Source: an uncultured delta proteobacterium
GTDB taxonomy: Bacteria > Desulfobacterota > Desulfobaccia > Desulfobaccales > 0-14-0-80-60-11
DNA length: 64,000 nt
Reading direction: 5' to 3'
NCBI GenBank assembly: GCA_963812015.1
Contig: CAWETI010000003.1
Location: 864,001 to 928,000 of the forward strand
Below are positions 59,525-64,000 of the stretch, piece after piece. The translations under genes and the position numbers were made by a program. A model generated the notes under the pieces. It did no database searches, was not told the origin of the DNA, and was given only the letters and a program-made list of their open reading frames with translations. Within the stretch, counting starts at the first letter, position 1; every line of letters begins with the position of its first letter.

Positions 59525-60820
59525 TTAAATATTTGAAGGGAAGTTCTCCTCCCAGACCACCTTTCCTCCCACAATAGTCATCACGGCCTTGCCCTGCAAG
59601 GTCCAGCCGTGGAAAGGGCAGTTGCGGCTTTTGCTGGCGAAGGTGTTGGCGTCCACGGTCCATTCCCGGTTGAGGTCCATGAGGGTGACATCCGCCGGGG
59701 AGCCGATGGTGAGGGAGCCACCCGGGATATTCAGGATGCGGGCCGGGTTGAGGCTCATTTTGGCCACCAGTTGGCTGAGGCTGAGGACCCCGTCGTGCAC
59801 CAGTTTGAGGCTGAGGCCCAGGGAGGTTTCCAGGCCGATGAGGCCGAAGGCCGCGGCCTGGAACTCCAGGTCTTTTTCCAGGGAGGTGTGGGGGGCATGG
59901 TCGCAGGCGATGGCGTCCAGGGCGCCGTCGGCCAGGGCTTCTTTGATGGCGGCGACGTCGGCGGCGGTGCGCAGCGGCGGGTTGACCTTGGCGTTGGTGT
60001 CGTAGCCCATAACCGCCTCATCAGTCAGGGAAAAATAGTGGGGGGCGGTCTCGGCGGTGACGGTGAGGCCCGCGGCCTTGGCGGTGCGGATTAGGGCCAG
60101 GCTGCCCAAGGTGCTGACGTGGGCGATGTGGAGGCGGCCGCCGGTGAGTTGGAGCAGGGCCAGGTCCCGGAAGATCATGGACTCTTCGGCCGCGGCCGGG
60201 ATGCCCCGGAGGCCCAGTTCCAGGGAGACCCGGCCTTCGTGCATCACCCCGTCGGCCCTGAGGTCCAGGTCTTCTTCGTGGACGATGAGGGGGACATTGA
60301 AGGTCCGGGCGTACTCCAGGGCCCGGCGCATGAGCATGGGGTGCATCACCGGATGGCCGTCGTCGGAGAAGGCCACCGCCCCGGCCGCCTTCTGGTCGCC
60401 GTATTCACTCAGGGTCTGGCCCAGGGAGCCCTTGGAGATGGCCCCCACCGGGTAGACCCGGGCGAGCCCCGCGGCCCCGGCGGCCTCGAGAATGAAGCGG
60501 GTGATGGTGGTGTTGTCGTTCACCGGGCGGGTGTTGGGCATGGCGGCCACCGCGGTGAAGCCGCCGGCCACCGCGGCCCGGGTCCCCGTCAGGATGGTCT
60601 CCTTGTACTCTTCCCCCGGCTCCCGCAGATGGACGTGCATGTCGATGAGACCCGGGGTCACCACCAGGTTGTGGGCGGCGATCACCCGGCGGCCGTCGCC
60701 GGAGATGGTTCCGGGGGGTTCCAGGGCGGCGATCCTGCCGTTTTCGATCAACAGGTCCCGGGGGGCCGCAAGATCCTGGGCGGGGTCTACCACCAGGCCG
60801 CCGGCAATCAGTAAACTCAT
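59525..60820 (-). CDS. pyrC: Dihydroorotase
   Basis: [26 protein letters not shown] and SKSRN.PF motifs. Confidence 0.96.
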   Translation of the reverse strand: MSLLIAGGLVVDPAQDLAAPRDLLIENGRIAALEPPGTISGDGRRVIAAHNLVVTPGLIDMHVHLREPGEEYKETILTGTRAAVAGGFTAVAAMPNTRPVNDNTTITRFILEAAGAAGLARVYPVGAISKGSLGQTLSEYGDQKAAGAVAFSDDGHPVMHPMLMRRALEYARTFNVPLIVHEEDLDLRADGVMHEGRVSLELGLRGIPAAAEESMIFRDLALLQLTGGRLHIAHVSTLGSLALIRTAKAAGLTVTAETAPHYFSLTDEAVMGYDTNAKVNPPLRTAADVAAIKEALADGALDAIACDHAPHTSLEKDLEFQAAAFGLIGLETSLGLSLKLVHDGVLSLSQLVAKMSLNPARILNIPGGSLTIGSPADVTLMDLNREWTVDANTFASKSRNCPFHGWTLQGKAVMTIVGGKVVWEENFPSNI

Positions 60821-61743
60821 GCCTTTTCTCCTCCAATCAAGAGGTAGAGCATGGCCATGCGCACCGCCACGCCGTTGGTCACCTGTTCCAGGATGACGGA
60901 ATGGGGGCCGTCGGCCACCTCGGGAGAGATCTCCACCCCCCGGTTGAGGGGGCCGGGATGCATGATGATCACGTCGGGTTGGGCCAGCTCCAGGTGCCGG
61001 GGGGCCAGGCCGAAGTAGCGGCTGTATTCCCTCAAGGTGGAGAGAAACATCTGGCCCATGCGTTCCAGTTGCAGTCGAAGCATCATGATGACGTCGGCGC
61101 CGGCCACCGCCTCCTCCAGGGAGCAGGTGACTTTGGCGCCCAGAGATTCAAGCTGGGGCGGCAGCATGGTGGCCGGGCCCGCCACGGTGACCTGGGAACC
61201 CATCTTGGTAAAGGCCTGGATGTCGGAGCGGGCCACCCGGGAGTGGGCGATATCGCCGATGATGGCTATCTTTAAGCCGGAGAGTTTGCCTTTGGCTTCT
61301 TCAACGGTGAGGAGGTCCAGGAGGGCCTGGGTGGGGTGCTCATGGAGGCCGTCGCCGGCATTGATGACGCCGCATTTAAGACGCCGGGCCAGGAAATGGG
61401 GGGCGCCGCTGGCGGGATGGCGAATCACCAGGAGGTCCGGCTGCATGGCCTCGAGATTGTGGGCGGTGTCCATCAGGGTTTCGCCCTTGACGGCGCTGGA
61501 AGCCGCCACCGTCAGGTTGAGGGTGTCGGCGCTGAGGCGCTTGGCCGCGATCTCGAAGGACATCCGGGTCCGGGTGCTGGGCTCGTAGAAGACCGTCACC
61601 ACGGTCTTGCCCCTGAGGGTGGGGACCTTTTTGATGGGGCGGACCGAAATCTCTTTTAAGGACGAAGCGGTATCCAGGATGTGGCGAATCTCTTCGGGGG
61701 CCAGATCCGCGATACCCAACAGGTCCTTCCGGCGGAATTCCAT
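60817..61743 (-). CDS. pyrB: Aspartate carbamoyltransferase catalytic subunit
   Basis: [26 protein letters not shown] and HPGP.NRGVEI motifs. Confidence 0.97.
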   Translation of the reverse strand: MEFRRKDLLGIADLAPEEIRHILDTASSLKEISVRPIKKVPTLRGKTVVTVFYEPSTRTRMSFEIAAKRLSADTLNLTVAASSAVKGETLMDTAHNLEAMQPDLLVIRHPASGAPHFLARRLKCGVINAGDGLHEHPTQALLDLLTVEEAKGKLSGLKIAIIGDIAHSRVARSDIQAFTKMGSQVTVAGPATMLPPQLESLGAKVTCSLEEAVAGADVIMMLRLQLERMGQMFLSTLREYSRYFGLAPRHLELAQPDVIIMHPGPLNRGVEISPEVADGPHSVILEQVTNGVAVRMAMLYLLIGGEKA

Positions 61744-61969
61744 AGTGGGACCTTCCTCACGTCAGGGGGGAGGGTAGGGGAGTCCCCGGCCTCGCCCATC
61801 CAGGTTGAGTGTTCACGCTGCCCGACTGTCAACCCGTGCCGCCGCCACCGGGGCCTGAGGCTGAGGTTGCCGCCCCGGAATGATCCGGCCAGGGGGCAGA
61901 TTCCTGGGGGCACTGATTGAGGCTCGCCGGGAACCTGCAGGGGCGCGGTCAGGCCCTCCAGGCCGTGGC

Positions 61970-62002
61970 AAAAAAAAACCTCCTTGGTCTGAAAGGAGGT
62001 TT
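61970..62002 (-). terminator. Terminator/attenuator in the pyrB leader
   Basis: AAACCTCCTT-TCAGACC-AAGGAGGTTT followed by a U run. Confidence 0.75.
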
Positions 62003-62120
62003 GGGGTGGATTTTCTTGAAATTCGATTCATAGGGACAGCCTTTCTGGCATCGTTATTTTAGTACCATTACCCACGGCTAAATTCAAGGATATTTTCCAC
62101 CCCCTTCCCCGGGGGGAGAG

Positions 62121-62149
62121 TTGACAGGGGGCCAACCAGGACTTATATG
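62121..62149 (+). promoter_or_regulatory. sigma70-like promoter for hsp20
   Basis: TTGACA-17-TATATG. Confidence 0.5.
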
Positions 62150-62287
62150 TGAAATAAAGAATTAGCAACGGCCAAGCAGATTTATGTCGTATTAACGGCA
62201 GGTTGTCATTAGAGTGCCGACCGGTTGATTGGTCGGGCCAATTAATCATAAGCCCATAATTTCACCTGAGTGAGGAGGAAGCGTTAG

Positions 62288-62740
62288 ATGGCTAATGAAC
62301 TCATGGAATGGCGGCCGTTTCGGGAAGTCTCCCGCCTCCGGCGGGAAATGGATCGTCTCTGGGAGGATTACTTCGGATCCGGCAGGCGGGGTTTTCAGCC
62401 GCTGCAAGGGGAATTCGCCCCCGCGGTGGACGTCAAGGAAACGGCTGACCAGATCGTGGTGAAGGCCGAGGTTCCCGGGATTGATGCCAAGGACATCAAT
62501 ATCTCGGTTACGGGTGACGTGCTCACCATCAAGGGCGAAAAAAAGTCGGAACGGGAAGAAAAAGAGGAGAACTATCACGTGGTGGAGCGCAGCTACGGCT
62601 CCTTCTCCCGTTCCCTGACCCTGCCGGCCGCGGCGGACCTGGATAAAATCGAGGCCAAGTACGATAAAGGGGTGTTGACCGTCACCTGTCCCAAGAAAGA
62701 AGAGGTCAAACCCAGGTCCATCGAAATCAAGACGGCCTAG
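62288..62740 (+). CDS. Hsp20/alpha-crystallin small heat-shock protein
   Basis: PAVDVKET, AEVPG, ERSYGSFSRS and A.Y..GVL motifs. Confidence 0.95.
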   Translation: MANELMEWRPFREVSRLRREMDRLWEDYFGSGRRGFQPLQGEFAPAVDVKETADQIVVKAEVPGIDAKDINISVTGDVLTIKGEKKSEREEKEENYHVVERSYGSFSRSLTLPAAADLDKIEAKYDKGVLTVTCPKKEEVKPRSIEIKTA

Positions 62741-62905
62741 CCGTTCTGAGGCCCCAGGCCTCACCGGTTCCCCCATCCTGGCCGCGCCAGCCTCACGGGG
62801 CGGAAGGGGTGGGGGACTTGTGTTTCTGAGGTTTTGCGTTTAAGATGCCTCTTTACTGAGGGAGAGCCTAAGCCTCAACCATCTTCGCAGGCAAAGGAAG
62901 CCGTT

Positions 62906-63355
62906 ATGAGCACCGAACTGGAATCCGTCATCAAAAGCGCCATCGCCCAGGAAGAATTGTCCCATGATTTCTATAAACGCCTGGCCGGCCTGGTGAGCCA
63001 TCCGGAAACGAAAAACACCTTGGAATATCTGGCCAAGGAAGAATTGGAGCATAAGGCCTTTCTCCAGAGCTGCTTTAGCGCCCAAGGGTGCACCCTGATG
63101 GGGGAAGCCCAGAACGTTCACCTGGCGGAAATGCTGCAAGCCCCGGCCATCAGCGCCGAGATGTCCCCCAAGGAAGCCCTGGCCATCGCGGCGAAGCGGG
63201 AGGAGGGGTCATACCACTTCTATCAGGCCCTGGCCGCACTCCAACCGCCGGGGGATATCCAGGCTTTTTTGGAAAAGATGGCCAAGGTGGAACTGGCCCA
63301 CAAGGAAAAGGTGGAATACCTCTACGATAACGCCGCCTTTCCCGAAGTGTGGTAG
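62906..63355 (+). CDS. Ferritin-like (rubrerythrin-type) protein
   Basis: Two copies of E..S..FY...EE..H / E..H diiron motifs. Confidence 0.85.
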   Translation: MSTELESVIKSAIAQEELSHDFYKRLAGLVSHPETKNTLEYLAKEELEHKAFLQSCFSAQGCTLMGEAQNVHLAEMLQAPAISAEMSPKEALAIAAKREEGSYHFYQALAALQPPGDIQAFLEKMAKVELAHKEKVEYLYDNAAFPEVW

Positions 63356-63975
63356 CGGCTCCCGTGAGGGCGACGGGCGTGCTCCTGGCCCTGGAAGGCA
63401 TTGACGGCTCCGGGAAGAGCACCCAGGCGGACCTTCTGGCCGGGGCCGTGAAGCGTTTGGGGGCGGAAGTGGTGCTGACCCGGGAGCCCACTTCAGGCCC
63501 CGCCGGGCAAAGGTTGCGCCGTTACCTGTCGGGACTCGCCCGGCACCTGAGCCCCGCGCTGGAGCTGGCGCAGTTCGTCGCCGACCGCCGGGAGCACGTG
63601 GCGAAGGTCATCGGCCCCGCCCTGGCGGCGGGTCGGGTGGTAATCACCGACCGCTACTATTATTCCTCGGTGGCTTATCAGGGGGCCCTGGGGCTGGATG
63701 CGGCCCGCATCCTGGCATTGAATGAATCCTTCGCCCCCCGACCCCGCCTGGTGTTCATCCTCACCCTGCCGCCGGAGGCGGCCGTGGCCCGCCTGTTGCG
63801 AAGCCCCGGGCGGCGCCGCCAGGTGAGCGAAGGGCGGGACTACCTGGAGCAGGTTGCGGCCATCTACGCCTCCCTGACCGGTCCCCATATCCACCGGGTG
63901 GACGCCGGGGCGGCCCCCGAGGCCATCCACGCCACCCTCCTGGCCATCACCCTAAAAGCCCTGGAATCCCAGTGA
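63349..63975 (+). CDS. tmk: Thymidylate kinase
   Basis: EGIDGSGKSTQ, TREP, ADRREH and DRYYYSSVAYQG motifs. Confidence 0.95.
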   Translation: MVAAPVRATGVLLALEGIDGSGKSTQADLLAGAVKRLGAEVVLTREPTSGPAGQRLRRYLSGLARHLSPALELAQFVADRREHVAKVIGPALAAGRVVITDRYYYSSVAYQGALGLDAARILALNESFAPRPRLVFILTLPPEAAVARLLRSPGRRRQVSEGRDYLEQVAAIYASLTGPHIHRVDAGAAPEAIHATLLAITLKALESQ

Positions 63976-64000
63976 GCGGCGGGGAAATATCCCCGGGGAC

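Noticed and set aside
62162..62220. CIRCE operator before hsp20
   Set aside because: Only half-sites (TTAGCA, GAGTGCCGA) without correct 9-bp pairing

Overview
Bacterial window that looks deltaproteobacterial (Desulfobacterota-like; inferred from gene content and style). It has two halves. Bases 1 to ~34.4 kb are accessory and probably a genomic island ending at a duplicated 3' half of tRNA-Val(CAC) at 34382-34426. This half holds a surface-polysaccharide cluster (deacetylase, Wzy/ligase, four GT4s, WecB/TagA, priming glycosyltransferase, ExeA-like ATPase) broken by an IS5. It also holds a c-di-GMP module: a GEMM-I riboswitch, a second degenerate GEMM fused to a tRNA-Cys, an HD-GYP and a GGDEF protein. 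There are nested IS elements (IS1595, IS3, two IS110/IS1111-type families whose bridge-RNA guides can be read directly from the sequence) and a satellite-like primase/excisionase module. From ~34.6 kb to 64 kb is GC-rich core genome (alaC, hom, apgM, purQ, secDF, pflX, UvrD, cobA-hemD, pyrBC, hsp20, tmk) with many palindromic repeats and two AT-rich inserts. One insert is a SeqA-N/RAMA protein plus a trypsin-like protease, bounded by paired 29-bp palindromic recombination-like sites. The other is a nuclease-NACHT gene. The best leads are the IS110 whose bridge-RNA 3' half is tandemly duplicated exactly at its own target guide, the promoter-GEMM-tRNA-Cys-terminator unit, and the RAMA+protease cassette. 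All family assignments come from motif recognition by eye; no searches were run.
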